From Macrostomum lignano (lineage: Eukaryota), in assembly GCA_002269645.1 (NCBI GenBank), contig NIVC01000921.1, forward strand, positions 344,284 through 408,283: DNA of 64,000 nucleotides. Reading direction: 5' to 3'. The notes below the pieces were generated by a model. It ran no database searches, had not been told where the DNA came from, and saw nothing but the letters and a program-made list of their open reading frames with translations. Positions 37,332 through 49,600 of the stretch are shown one piece after another (position 1 is the first letter of the stretch; every line of letters begins with the position of its first letter). The position numbers and the translations under genes were made by a program.

Positions 37332-38091
37332 ATAGTCTATGGCCTCAAGTGGGGAATTCGCCGCCACACCCCACCCTCATTCAAAAAGTGTAGCTTAGGT
37401 ATCTATGGTACAATATCATTGATACACAATAGTCTATGGCCTCATGTGGGGAATTCGCCGCCACACCCCACCCTCACTAAAAGTGTAGCTTAGGTATCTA
37501 TGGTACAATATCATTGATACACAATAGTCTATGGCCTCATGTGGTGAATTCGCCGCCACACCCCACCCTCACTAAAAGTGTAGCTTAGGTATCTATGGTA
37601 CAATATCATTGATACACAATAGTCTATGGCCTCATGTGGGGAATTCGCCGCCACACCCCACCCTCACTAAAAGTGTAGCTTAGGTATCTATGGTACAATA
37701 TCATTGATACACAATAGTCTATGGCCTCATGTGGCGAATTCGCCGCCACACCCCACACCCTCATTCAAAAAGTGTAGCTTAGGTATCTATGGTACAATAT
37801 CATTGATACACAATAGTCTATGGCCTCATGTGGTGAATTCGCCGCCACACCCCACCCTCACTAAAAGTGTAGCTTAGGTATCTATGGTACAATATCATTG
37901 ATACACAATAGTCTATGGCCTCATGTGGCGAATTCGCCGCCACACCCCACACCCTCATTCAAAAAGTGTAGCTTAGGTATCTATGGTACAATATCATTGA
38001 TACACAATAGTCTATGGCCTCATGTGGCGAATTCGCCGCCACACCCCACACCCTCATTCAAAAAGTGTAGCTTAGGTATCTATGGTACAAT
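37332..38091. repeat. ~95-bp tandem repeat, 8 copies
   Basis: Unit ATAGTCTATGGCCTCATGTGG..GAATTCGCCGCCACACCCC..GTGTAGCTTAGGTATCTATGGTACAATATCATTGATACACA. Confidence 0.9.
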
Positions 38092-38654
38092 GTCGATCCT
38101 TAATACACGTGCTTTAAGGGCGTTGATCAGAGACTCCAAGGGCGCTGCTACACTATATATTTATCGCAATTGTTGAGAAGTAAATAATAAACAAATAATT
38201 AGCCGCGCTTAATTACTGCTACAAGTAGTTTAATACAGATAACTTTCTGCAAATTAACTAGTGCTACGAAAATAGAAAGTGCTAAACTGCGTGAATATTT
38301 GCCTCTAAATGGCCGTTTGTGTTGGTAAAACACTTTGCTGTATCAATACGAGCTACCTCATGAAAAATATGCATGGCTGCAATATTTGAATATCCATTAA
38401 TGGCTACTTGCAGTACGTAAAATGTGTTTCGACTCGGAATAGCAATCGAAATTGGGGTGAATTGAAACAAGGTTGCCTGACCTTCTCAATATACATTATA
38501 TCAGTTGTTCTGTCTACCTGGCGGACTGTCTGTATAATAGGCTTAACTAAAAGTACATGTATATAATATCGGAACTGTGGGGTGAAAACTCGACTTTACC
38601 GATGCCCGATCAGATAAATTTGGGGGTTTTTCGGCTCACCTGATAGATTTGATC

Positions 38655-39570
38655 ATCATGGGATATTTGAACAATCCCCGATGGGATAATCATGGGATAT
38701 TTAAACAATTCCCGATGGGATAATCATGGGATGTTAGAAAATTCCCGATGGGATAATCATGGGATATTTAAACAATCCCCGATGGGATAATTATGGGATA
38801 TTTGAACAATCCCCGATGGGATAATCATGGGATATTTAAACAATTCCCGATGGGATAATCATGGGATGTTAGAAAATTCCCGATGGGATAATCATGGGAT
38901 ATTTAAACAATCCCCGATGGGATAATTATGGGATATTTGAACAATCCCCGATGGGATAATCATGGGATATTTAAACAATTCCCGATGGGATAATCATGCG
39001 ATGTTAGAAAATCCCCGATGGGATAATCATGGGATATTTAAACAATCCCCGATGGGATAATTATGGGATATTTAAACAATCCCCGATGGGATAATTATGG
39101 GATATTTAAATAATCCCCGATGGGATAATCATGGGATGTTAGAAAATCCCCGATGGGATAATCATGGGATATTTAAACAATCCCCGATGGGATAATTATG
39201 GGATATTTGAACAATCCCCAACGGGATAATCATGGGATATTTAAACAATTCCCGATGGGATAATCATGCGATGTTAGAAAATCCCCGATGGGATAATCAT
39301 GGGATATTTGAACAATCCCCAACGGGATAATCATGGGATATTTAAACAATTCCCGATGGGATAATCATGCGATGTTAGAAAATCCCCGATGGGATAATTA
39401 TGGGATATTTAAACAATCCCCGATGGGATAATCATGGGATATTTAAACAATTCCCGATGGGATAATCATGGGATGTTAGAAAATCCCCGATGGGATAATC
39501 ATGGGATATTTAAACAATCCCCGATGGGATAATTATGGGATGTTTAAATAATCCCCGACGGGATAATCAA
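38655..39570. repeat. 34-bp minisatellite (CCCGATGGGATAATCATGGGATATTTAAACAATC)
   Basis: About 27 copies with recurring variants. Confidence 0.9.
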
Positions 39571-39712
39571 ATGATGTATCCCACTATCTGTTAGCCGGAA
39601 TAATTTGTGGATCAAAGCGAATCATGCGATACGGGAACCTACAGATTTTTACGAGTATTTCATAGTGAAAGTTATTCGCCCATTCGAGTATAGATATTGA
39701 TTGACAGTCCTA

Positions 39713-40255
39713 TCACAGGTAGCGGCTGGTGTACGGTCGGTAGTAACAGCTGGTCCTAGCGCCTTCAGCCAGCAGTTCGTCAACCGCGGCAGTCGCGGCA
39801 GCCGAAGCTCGCCGACTCCGCAGTAGTCGCTTTGTCGCCAACTCGCCGTCGCCGTATTTGCGCATCCCCTCGGCGTAGCCGCGCAGATAATCGCCGTAAT
39901 AATCGTTGTAGCCGTAGTAGCCGCTGTACCAGGGCCTGTAGCGCCTGTAGTCGGCGTAGTAGTAGTTGTAGTAGTAGCTGCTGAACGGGTAGCCGTTCGG
40001 GTAGCGGCTCCAGTCCAGGTAGTAGCGGCTGGTCCGGTAGGTCGGGTAGGCAGCAGCTGGCGGCGGCTCCAGGTAGTAGGGCCAGCGCCTGTACTCATAG
40101 TAGTGCTTAGCGCAGCAATAGGGAAAGCCGGCCAAACTGCAGGCGAAATTCGTGCCGCCTCCGTCCAGCTCGTCGGAAAGTGACTCCGACTTTCTGGAGT
40201 TCAATCGGTCAGCTGAGACTGCGCGCCTCATCTTCAGGCTGGTTGTCATGCTCAC
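39713..40255 (-). CDS. Tyr/Arg-rich low-complexity protein (terminal exon; possible upstream exon ending at 41636)
   Basis: 180-codon GC-rich open frame after a TCCAG acceptor at 40256; 33 Tyr counted; in-phase GTGAGA donor at 41635. Confidence 0.6.
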   Translation of the reverse strand: MSMTTSLKMRRAVSADRLNSRKSESLSDELDGGGTNFACSLAGFPYCCAKHYYEYRRWPYYLEPPPAAAYPTYRTSRYYLDWSRYPNGYPFSSYYYNYYYADYRRYRPWYSGYYGYNDYYGDYLRGYAEGMRKYGDGELATKRLLRSRRASAAATAAVDELLAEGARTSCYYRPYTSRYL

Positions 40256-40880
40256 CTGGACAGGACAGCTGACCCTTACACTTGGAGTTTGGCGTTCTTT
40301 TTAATCAGGGCGGGCAGACCCAGCGTGCGAGCTTTTTGTGTGTTCAATTTTCTCTACTCCATTCCCTCCTCCTGCCGGTCTTATCGGCCTATCGTCGGTC
40401 TCAGCATATGGAACCGGTTCAATCTGGTTCATCCTGCCATCTTCTCTTCCCTTCCTGCCCAGCCTCCACTCAAGGCCGCCCATTGTGTGCGTGTGTTTGT
40501 GTGTGTGCGTGGTCAGAGCGTTTAGAAAAATCAGGTGGAGGCGACTAGAGACGGAGATCAGAACCATGGGGACCGCGATAAACGAAGAATCTGGATTGTT
40601 CTACTCGTATAGTGGAGTTGCTGCGTCATCTGTTACCGAAGTTATCATAACTTCTGTTTGGTCGAACCGAGTTCTATCAACTTGGTCTGATTTTAAAGCT
40701 GAATAACCAATAATTCCAAGTTAAATATTATGAGCTCTTTTCGACAAAAGTTTCGCTAAAATGCCATCCTGAGATAGACGCCAAATTTCAAAGGTTGTGC
40801 TGCTCTTGTGCAGTCTTTAATATCCTGCTCTGTATCCTGTGATTTTTCAGCTGGACTACAGAGAATTCATTCTGTCTTAA

Positions 40881-41186
40881 GGGTTGCAGCCTAGTGGTCA
40901 GAGCGTCGGACTCACGACTTGAAGGTCGGCGGTTCGATTCCCGATCCCACTGTGAACAATTTGTGTCCTTGAGCAAGACACTTAACTCTGCATTGCTTCA
41001 GTTCACCCAGCTGTAAAATGGGTGCCAGCATTAGCTGGGGTAATTGAGGGTGTGTGTGGCGACCCCCCCCCCCAGTCCTTGGACTGAACAGCCGTACGCA
41101 GCCTTCAGATGCGCCGTGTAATAGCTGCGCCTGAGCTGTCGGTTTTACATCTGCCTATTAAGGCAGGTGTAATTAATTATTATTTT
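40881..41186 (+). mobile_element. tRNA-derived SINE family B with a CORE-like central domain, copy 1
   Basis: A box TAGTGGTCAGAGC, B box GGTTCGATTCC, then CCTTGAGCAAGACACTTAAC..CAGCTGTAAAATGGG (MIR-core-like) and an ATT tail. Second copy at 45800-46090. Confidence 0.8.
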
Positions 41187-42079
41187 ATCATTTACCAGTC
41201 TTAATATGAGACAAAAATAGAAAGCTGGGATATTTCATTAAATTCTGTATTCCAGACTAACACTCCCGGCCTCCTTGGTAGTCGCAGGCCTGAAAACTGG
41301 GATAGAGACGGTTCTGTGGTAAACAGTCCAACCCCAGCTAAGCCCCCCCCGCTGCGTTGGCAAACACTGCCCATTCCCCAGCAGCTCCATCCTAGCCCTT
41401 GCAGTCTCACGGCCCTGCCAGCCTCTCTTGTTCAAAGACAATTAACGTCGATGAAGAGAGAGACTGAAGATGCCTATAGGGTCACAGCTTCTGAATTATT
41501 CTCAATGAGCGATGATGAAGTGGAGCCGGACTGCTAGCAGTTGAGCACTTTGTGTTGAAAACTTTTAATTTAAATGAAATGCAAGACGCTAGAAAGCTTA
41601 ACTGAAAAGAAAAAGCTCACCAAAAAAACTCTCACTTGACGGCAAGCACCGAACTCTATACTGAGTCTGCCAATAGAATACATAGAGAGTTGGCCTCTTC
41701 TGAGCTGTTTGCTCTCGTGTAGGAGAGGAGATGGCGCAGTTTCTCTCGTAATTGCTTGCGGGTCATAAAACATTGAGCGCACAGCCCCTGGCTCAACTGC
41801 GCAAATGCTATAACTGTTAGCAAAGCTAGTCTTTCATAGCGACCTTGCATTCGCTCTGGCGACAGCCCCACCATGTCCGTTCCGCTGAACCTTGAGCACG
41901 TACAGGCACACAGTCCACCCTTCCGTGATGGGTAGATTTGCACCTGTGTCTCGCTGAGGCTGCGGGTTCCCTAAGCTGGATTGGCGGAGCCAAGCCATGC
42001 AAATGATAGTGAGCCTTTGCAGAGAGGTGCCCCCTTATAGCTCCACTGAAGGTTGTGATCTTTTAGTTGGAGGCAGGGG

Positions 42080-42415
42080 ACTGTGTGCACCCTGGTGACC
42101 TTTAAGCGACATTGTCACACAACCAGCGAGAGGCATTGGTGCCCATTCCGCCGACTCCCCTGAGCAGGCACACAAGCGCGCGGGTACGTACGCAGTCACA
42201 CGCGCAGGCACACATTCATACAGAAGTGTACAGCGGCCCTAACTTTATTTATTTATCGCTAGGCATGTACACTTCACTGTGCCTTTGGGGTTGGCCATCA
42301 AGCTTGGTGTTAATTGCTCGAGCAGAGCCAAGCCGAAATTCCAATTTAGCTCCAAATTAGTGTGACTGCACTTGGAATCGAGCCTGGGCCGCTGGCACAT
42401 CAGATCGCCGCGGCA
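42080..42415 (-). mobile_element. SINE family A, copy 2
   Basis: Homologous to 14993-15287 and to the reverse complement of 49240-49600. Confidence 0.75.
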
Positions 42416-43046
42416 GACCACTGGGCCACGGCCCTCCGCTGAAGGTGGCCGAGCACTGAAGGTGGCCCTCCCACTGACTCTTGGAGCACCCATCCCTGTT
42501 CCAGCGGCAGAGCCATCTCCGCGCTCGCATAATCTTGGCACCCCGTACTGGAGGAACAACTGCAAAGAATGGTAATTCGTAAAAATGTCAGACGGATATA
42601 AAAAGTAAGGTATAATGAACCCTGTTAGAGCTGAAGCTGCTATACTTATCATATCAAAGATAGAAAGAGAATGCTGGCGATGGCGATGGCTTTCTTAGAC
42701 TTGAAAGTTAAGCTAAGTTGGACGTGGTTAGTAGTGTTAAGTGCTACGAGGGTGCTACGTGCTACATGTAAATGGGATAATCCAAGAGGCAGTCTCGGTA
42801 GGGACGTTGACACCTGGCCGCCTTGCTGTGGCTCAGGCGTGCTTCTATCTATTCTAGCTAGCTAGCTATTTGAGTAATCTCAAGCTAATTCTTTTGGTTC
42901 TTGCTCCGGCAGATTGATTTGGCTTAAAAATCTACGTTAAATAAAAAGTACTTTTACAAGAACACAAGAACAATACAACTATTTTCCAACGGTTTCTAGT
43001 AGTAACGACGGGGTATCAGAGCATCCAGAAAGCCTTAGAAAGTCAT

Positions 43047-46000
43047 TCAAACGGGTAGCAGCCGTTGCACACTCTTCGATAGCGCCTCGACCTTCACTGA
43101 ATCCAAACCGGCCAAACAAGCTGAGACGCAGTCGGACACGCAGCTGATGAGGCTGCGATTCTGGCGTCCGCCCAAGCAGCTGGGCAGGTAGGTTAGGAAA
43201 GTCTCCGGATTGCTCACCGCTCGCTGCAGCTGGGCCTCATAGTGCTCATTCCAGCCAGCTGGACTGTGCTCAGCCGTGTTGCTAGTGTAACCAAATAGAG
43301 TCACGATGCCGGCCGCCAGGGAGGCTGACTCGGCCGCCTGGCCCGCCTCGGCCAGCAAGTGGGTCGGGTCCGGCATGGCTCCGCTGCCGGCGCCGTCGCC
43401 GCCTCCCGCTGGGTCGTTCGTCATATCAACTATCTGAGCATTCGTTTGAGGCACATTTGAGAATACAGTCATTCGTTCAATAAGCTTCAGTTCCTGTCCG
43501 GTCATTGATGGAAAGATTTTTAAGCTTCATCTTAGATTTTCTTTAATGACTGGACAGGAACTGAAGCTCATTAAATGACTGGACAGGAACTGAAGCTCAT
43601 TAAATGACTGGATAGGAACTGAAGCTCATTAAATGACTGGATAGGAACTGAAGCTCATTAAATGACTGGACAGGAACTGAAGCTCATTAAATGACTGGAT
43701 AGGAACTGAAGCTCATTAAATGACTGGACAGGAACTGAAGCTCATTAAATGACTGGATAGGAACTGAAGCTCATTAAATGACTGGACAGGAACTGAAGCT
43801 CATTAAATGACTGGATAGGAACTGAAGCTCATTAAATGACTGGACAGGAACTGAAGCTCATTAAATGACTGGATAGAAACTGAAGCTTATTAAATGACTG
43901 GATAGGAACTGAAGCTCATTAAATGACTGGATAGGAACTGAAGCTCATTAAATGACTGGACAGGAACTGAAGCTCATTAAATGACTGGATAGGAACTGAA
44001 GCTCATTAAATGACTGGATAGGAACTGAAGCTCATTAAATGACTGGACAGGAACTGAAGCTCATTAAATGACTGGACAGGAACTGAAGCTCATTAAATGA
44101 CTGGACAGGAACTGAAGCTCATTAAATGACTGGACAGGAACTGAAGCTCATTAAATGACTGGACAGGAACTGAAGCTCATTAAATGACTAGACGGGAACT
44201 GAAGCTCATTAAATGACTAGACGGGAACTGGAGCTCATTAAATGACTGGACGGGAAGTGAAGCTCATTGAATGACCGGACAGGAAGTGAAGCTCATTGAT
44301 GACCGGACAGGAAGTGAAGCTCATTGAATGACCGGACAGGAACTGAAGCTCATTGAATAACCAGACAGGAACTAAAGCTCATTGATTAAGAAACAGCACT
44401 CAAGTTCACGATAACAATCAGAATCCCAGCTAGGAAGAGATTGGAGCCTCACCAGCACATTTGATGGCCTGTAGTCCATTGGCCGATAGTGCAACTCGGC
44501 AGAGGCAAAGTTCGCCTGGCACATCAGCAGACTGCGCATCCAGACAAGCCTATCAACATCTGTAATGGAATGCGGATGCAGTTCTGATAGAAACCTGCAA
44601 CTGGCTTCGTTAGTGAGCACTCCTAGCAGTAGTTGAACGTCGTCAGCCTTGTCTGTAGCCGCTGTTTCCGTAGTGCCGCTGTCACAGTCGGGCTCGTCAA
44701 GAAAGAACCAGCCAAACTGCACTGAGCTGGGCAACTTTGATCTGACAATATAGTTGTAAGAGGTGCATCTTTTTCAGCATGATATCGCATATTCGTACGA
44801 ATTCTTTCAGAGAGAAGATCGAGTCAATGGCTTATGCATCCAACGTTTTGCTAACCTATTCCCCACTTGGCCATAGAATACAGAAAACGTATTTATTCCC
44901 CACTTTGGCCCAGCCATAGACTACAGAAACGTATTTATTCCCCACTTTGGCCCAGCCATAGACTACAGAAACGTATTTATTCCCCACTTTGGCCCAGCCA
45001 TAGACTACAGAAACGTATTTATTCCCCACTTGGGCCCGGCAATAGACTACAGAAACGTATTTATTCCCCACGTGGGCCCGGCCCAAGAATAAACAAACGT
45101 ATTTGGTTGGTGTTTTTTGGGCCAGGCCAAATAAATACTTTTCTGCAGTCTATTTGACGTTGACGTTTGACGTTGTTTTTAGAAATGCGCTACTTTTACT
45201 ACTTTGGTATTTAGGTAGTATACAAGTATGCGTAACGAAAAAGGTAAAAATGATATAAACTACTGCTGAAGTAGGCATTGAACGATCTTCAGCCTAGGTA
45301 TAGAAGGTGAAAACTTTTTAAAGGCCGATTTTAGCCTATACTTACTGGCTTATTTACTGCTTATCCCAATAGAGCCCCACAACCTGTGCTAGGCAACCTT
45401 CATCCGCCTTACTCACCTCAGCCGCATCGCGCTGCTCGCCATCCGCTTCAGACAGTCGGCGGGCACGCGGAGGCAGCGGCAGAGCAGGTCCGCAGCTCGG
45501 CCTCCGCTGATCCGCGGTCTCAGGATGCAGCGTCTTCGACTGCCAAGCTGGGGACAGCGGAGACTGGAGACTTCCTGCTGGCACTGCCGTACCTGCTCGC
45601 CTGTAAGATTGCAGTGAATTTATGAATAAACAATTTCAAAATGATTGAAGCGACTTAACAACATAGATGAGTTCACGTCAACATACTGCCGCAATTTAAC
45701 TCTAACAAATTGTCTACTAGACCTGACCCTAAATCCTAATCTACATGTACATGTAAATCATCGCAAAACCTTTGACCAGATCCTTGACAGATTCGTAATG
45801 GTTATAGCCTAGTCGGACTCACGACTTGAAGGTCAGGGGTTCGATTCCCAATGCCAATGGAACAATTTGTGTCCTTGAGCAAGACACTTAACTCTGCATT
45901 GCTTCAGTTCACCCAGCTGTAAAATGGGTGCCAGCATTAGCTGGGGTAATTGAGGGTGTGTGGCGACCCCCCCCACCCCCCCCCCCCCCAGTCCATGCAC

Positions 46001-48506
46001 TGAACAGCCGTACGCAGCCTTCAGATGATGCGGCTGAGCTGTCGGTTGCACATCTGGCTCAATTGGGGCAGGTGTAATCAATTATTATTATTACGAGCTA
46101 TTGACAGCACACTAAACCGAGGCTATCATACTTGCATTTATTAGACCTTATTTTTATGATCGAGTTTTGAGCGATGAGTTTCCATTTCTCAGCAACCGTT
46201 CTACATATAATAGAAATATACGTGTATTTGAGCTAAATTTCAGACTTCTAAGATCTCCCACCAGGGTTGGCCATACTCACATTCGCGAGTGACATTGGAA
46301 GCATTCCAGCGCAGCTCCGTATCCATCCCAGTGAGCTTGAAGAGCAGAACTGTCAGATCCCGCTTCAGCGGCTTCAGGCGCAGTTTCTTTTCGACACTGT
46401 CGCAACTTCTCTGCCGCAACTCGTCGAGCTGAACGGTCAGCCGATCCTCGATGTCCGTCTTCTTCTGGCACAGCTGGGCGCAGTAGAGTTCGATGGCTTC
46501 GCCAGTCAGCTTTCGAAGGTCAATGCCGGCCAGGAAGTAGTCGAGCTGTCGGGTTCGCTTGTCCGGAGATTTGGAGGCCACTAGCTGGGCGAACTCAGCT
46601 GTGCGGACAAGTCTGGGCAGGGCCTGGCGCATGCCATCGACTAGATGGCTTGCACATAGGTCACCGAACTCGGTATCATTTGGCTCAAAGGTGCATTTTA
46701 TTATTGCCAGATCATTATGAAACTCTTCCGCGGAGCTGCACAAGCCTTCCATGACACTGTGAGCTGTGTGCGACAATACTGACCTAGCAAGGACCTCTTT
46801 ATATTTGGATCGAAGCTCAGCTTTCAGGTGGCTAACTAGGATATCCTTGAAGCTGCATAGCAGTCTGACGGCTGCCTGAAATTCTCTGTTTTTGCCTTGA
46901 GTCAGACTAGCAATGAGCTTGGCCTCAGCTTGGCGCATCACAAGGCTTACGTCAGCGGCGGCCTGCATTTTGGCACCGTCGCGAGCAAATTGGTTCTTTA
47001 GGACGTTCAGCTCGCTCTCGGGGTCGCTCAGGTCCAGCAGCGAGTCCTCCGTTGCCACTGACAGCAGAGCCTTGCTGATTCTTTCGTAGGTGTCTTTAAT
47101 TACGCGGAGCGCCCGGGACATCAGCTCCATTGGCATCTCGGTAAGGCTGGAGGTCACAACGGAGGACAACTTGAAGGCTAGCAGGTGAACGGAGGCCAGC
47201 ATCAATAGACGCTTCATAATGGCCATCGCATCGGTAAGCTTCTGCCGAGCGTTGGCGTAAACCAGCGCAGCAATTCGAGCCTCTAGTTCCAGGAATGAGT
47301 CCAGGTATGGCGGGTGCGGCACGGGCCAATTGTTCGACAAGAACTTCTTCACTGACTTGGCCGACACGCCGAGCAGAGCGGTTTCGCTGCCGGGGGTGAT
47401 GCAACCTGGATGGTACTGGCTGAATGACTCCATGACGATTCCCATGCGCTTCAGCATGTGCTCTTGACAGTGCGCCGAGTACTGAAATCCTTCAATATCA
47501 TTCTCCAGGCTTTTAACTACCTCCTCCTCGTCGTTAGAGTCGTAGCATAGAACTTCCTCGCACACGTTATTGTAGTAACTTTTTATGCAGCAATCAATCC
47601 GGTTGGCAACGAACAATTTTTGCATACTGCTGTGCTCCTCCATCAAGAACCGGATGTTCTCAGTGTCCTGCAAGTTTTTAAATGTTGATACACTTGTTGA
47701 TAATGCTAGAAAGAACCTATCTAAAGTCTGCAACTTTCAGTTCTTACACAGGCATTCGAAAATGTACCTTCTAGGCATCACAAACTCACAGGCTCTGGCT
47801 TGTATCCTTCCGTGCCATTAACAGTGTACACGACTATGGCCGACTTGGCCCCGTTCAAAAAATTTCGAACGGTCTCATTCATTTGAGCATTCTCGCCCAT
47901 GCCGGGACTGTCCACCAGCTGAAGGTTGTATCGAAGTAGTTCATTGGGCAACGACACCTTCACCAGCATCGCAGTGTTTCGATCCTCCCGCTCGTTCCCT
48001 TTGAGGTCGATGTGCTTTCGTAACTTCTTGCTATCCTCGAAGGCTGTCGTATCAACGATCGCCTGACCGGTTACTACATCCTGGATTGACACTGTCCTGC
48101 TCTGTCCGTGCCTAGTGCAGGTGAGTCTGGCGGTGCAGGTGTGCTCAGCGGTGGGAAACAGACCGGTTATTCGGCTGCTTGCCGGAGATTCCTGCCAATC
48201 CCGCAGCAGCTGGTTTAGCAGTGTCGACTTGCCCGTGTTGCTGCGGCCGAACACGATCAAGGACAGAGTGAGCTGGCTCTGCAAGATCTCGTCCAGCTCG
48301 TCCAGCTCGTCCAGCTTCGTGTCTTCATCGGTCGCTTCGCATTCGATTTTCAAGTCACACATCAGTCGCCTGAGCTCGCCAAGATACTCAGCGAGGCGGA
48401 CAAACCGGGACTCGCGATACCGCAGCGCCGCCACCAGATCGCGTCTGGAGGACTGAAAGCGCACTTCATAGTCGGCACGGTCAAGCTTCTGCGCTGTCTC
48501 CGCCAT
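43047..48506 (-). CDS. Dynamin-like (Dynamin_N-type) GTPase with helical region and a degenerate kinase-like C-terminus, ~1007 aa; exons 48506-47790, 47727-46281, 45600-45417, 44741-44453, 43433-43047
   Basis: G1 GRSNTGKS, FPT..CTARL (G2), LVDSPG (G3). All four introns are GT-AG with matching phases (0,1,2,0); total 3024 nt open. The C-terminus has HYRPMDYRPSNVLIVD, resembling a catalytic loop. Confidence 0.8.
43545..44390. repeat. 29-bp satellite (AATGACTGGACAGGAACTGAAGCTCATTA) filling an intron of the dynamin-like gene
   Basis: About 29 copies. Confidence 0.95.
44855..45075. repeat. 42-bp minisatellite, ~5 copies, intronic
   Basis: Unit TTATTCCCCACTTTGGCCCAGCCATAGACTACAGAAACGTAT. Confidence 0.9.
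45800..46090 (+). mobile_element. SINE family B, copy 2 (A box partly deleted)
   Basis: Near-identical to 40900-41186 through the CORE-like domain and tail. Confidence 0.8.
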
Positions 48507-49239
48507 CTTTAGTTGCGAGGCTGGCTAGCTTTGCTTGCGCACTTTCTTGTGTCAGTTTGGGGCTTCGGCGCCTTGTCAAGTAGGTACTGGAAACAGCCGA
48601 AGCGAGAGTCGCAGAGCCTTGCGTAGTGGCATGCACGTATTGCTGCACAGCCAGCAAGGCTGGGTGTGAGACGAAAGCGAGAATTACTGCAGCAATGTGC
48701 ACAATGCCTCAGTGTACACTTGTACATTGCGTGGCTTTTTCATCTGCACTGTTGCAAGATAGACTGCGTCTGTTAAACACTGACGTCTTGTTTTCTCTGC
48801 TTTAATACAATAATGCGATTTCATAACTTGCTTCTCTCCTACTATTCAAATTGTTTAGAATTTCCGACAGGCACTGGCTTGCCTGTACTTGCTTTTGCTT
48901 TTTGTCGATTGTCATTATTAATATATGGTAACTCCCATAAAGTTAAAAAGAAAAGTAAACAATTGAAAGGGACAATTAGGGACCGACCGACTTCAATTTT
49001 AATTCATGCCTCCAGAAGAAGAATATAGAATTCATGCATAGTAGCCATTAAGAAGTACAAGAAGTCCGCTATACTAAAAATGAATTGTGGATATCTAGAT
49101 ATTATTTTCCTTAAGAAAGAACAATAGTGACTGTACAAGGACAGAAGCTATTTAAACTATTTTATTCATTTCTTTGTTGCTTCCACATTGGGAGGGAGCG
49201 CATATTGCTAGTGGACTACTATAGTGGGACTTTACATAG

Positions 49240-49600
49240 TGGGCCGTAGGCCGTAACCATGTGGTCTAGCGCAGGGCTCTCATGTACAGCGGCCCAGGCT
49301 CGATTCCAAGTGCAGTCAGATATTAATTCGGGGCTAAATTGGAATCTCGGCTTGGCTCTGCTCGTGCAATCAACGCCATTGAGGGGCCAGCCCCCAAGGC
49401 ACAGTGAAGTGTACATGCCTAGCGATAAATAAAGTTAGGGCCGCTGTGCACTCCTGTGTGAGTGTGTGCCTGTACGTATGACTGCGTACGTATCCGCGCG
49501 CTTGTGTGCCTGCTCAGGGGAGTCGGCGGAATGGGCAGTAATGCCTCTCGCCGGTTGTGTGCCTATGTCGCTTAAAGTGCGCCAGGTTGCACGCAGCTCC
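49240..49600 (+). mobile_element. SINE family A, copy 3
   Basis: GGTCTAGCGC (A-box-like), GGCTCGATTCC (B-box-like); reverse-complement homologue of the other two copies. Confidence 0.75.

Noticed and set aside
40885-40965. tRNA gene
   Set aside because: The anticodon and acceptor stems do not pair, and it continues into a SINE body repeated at 45800.
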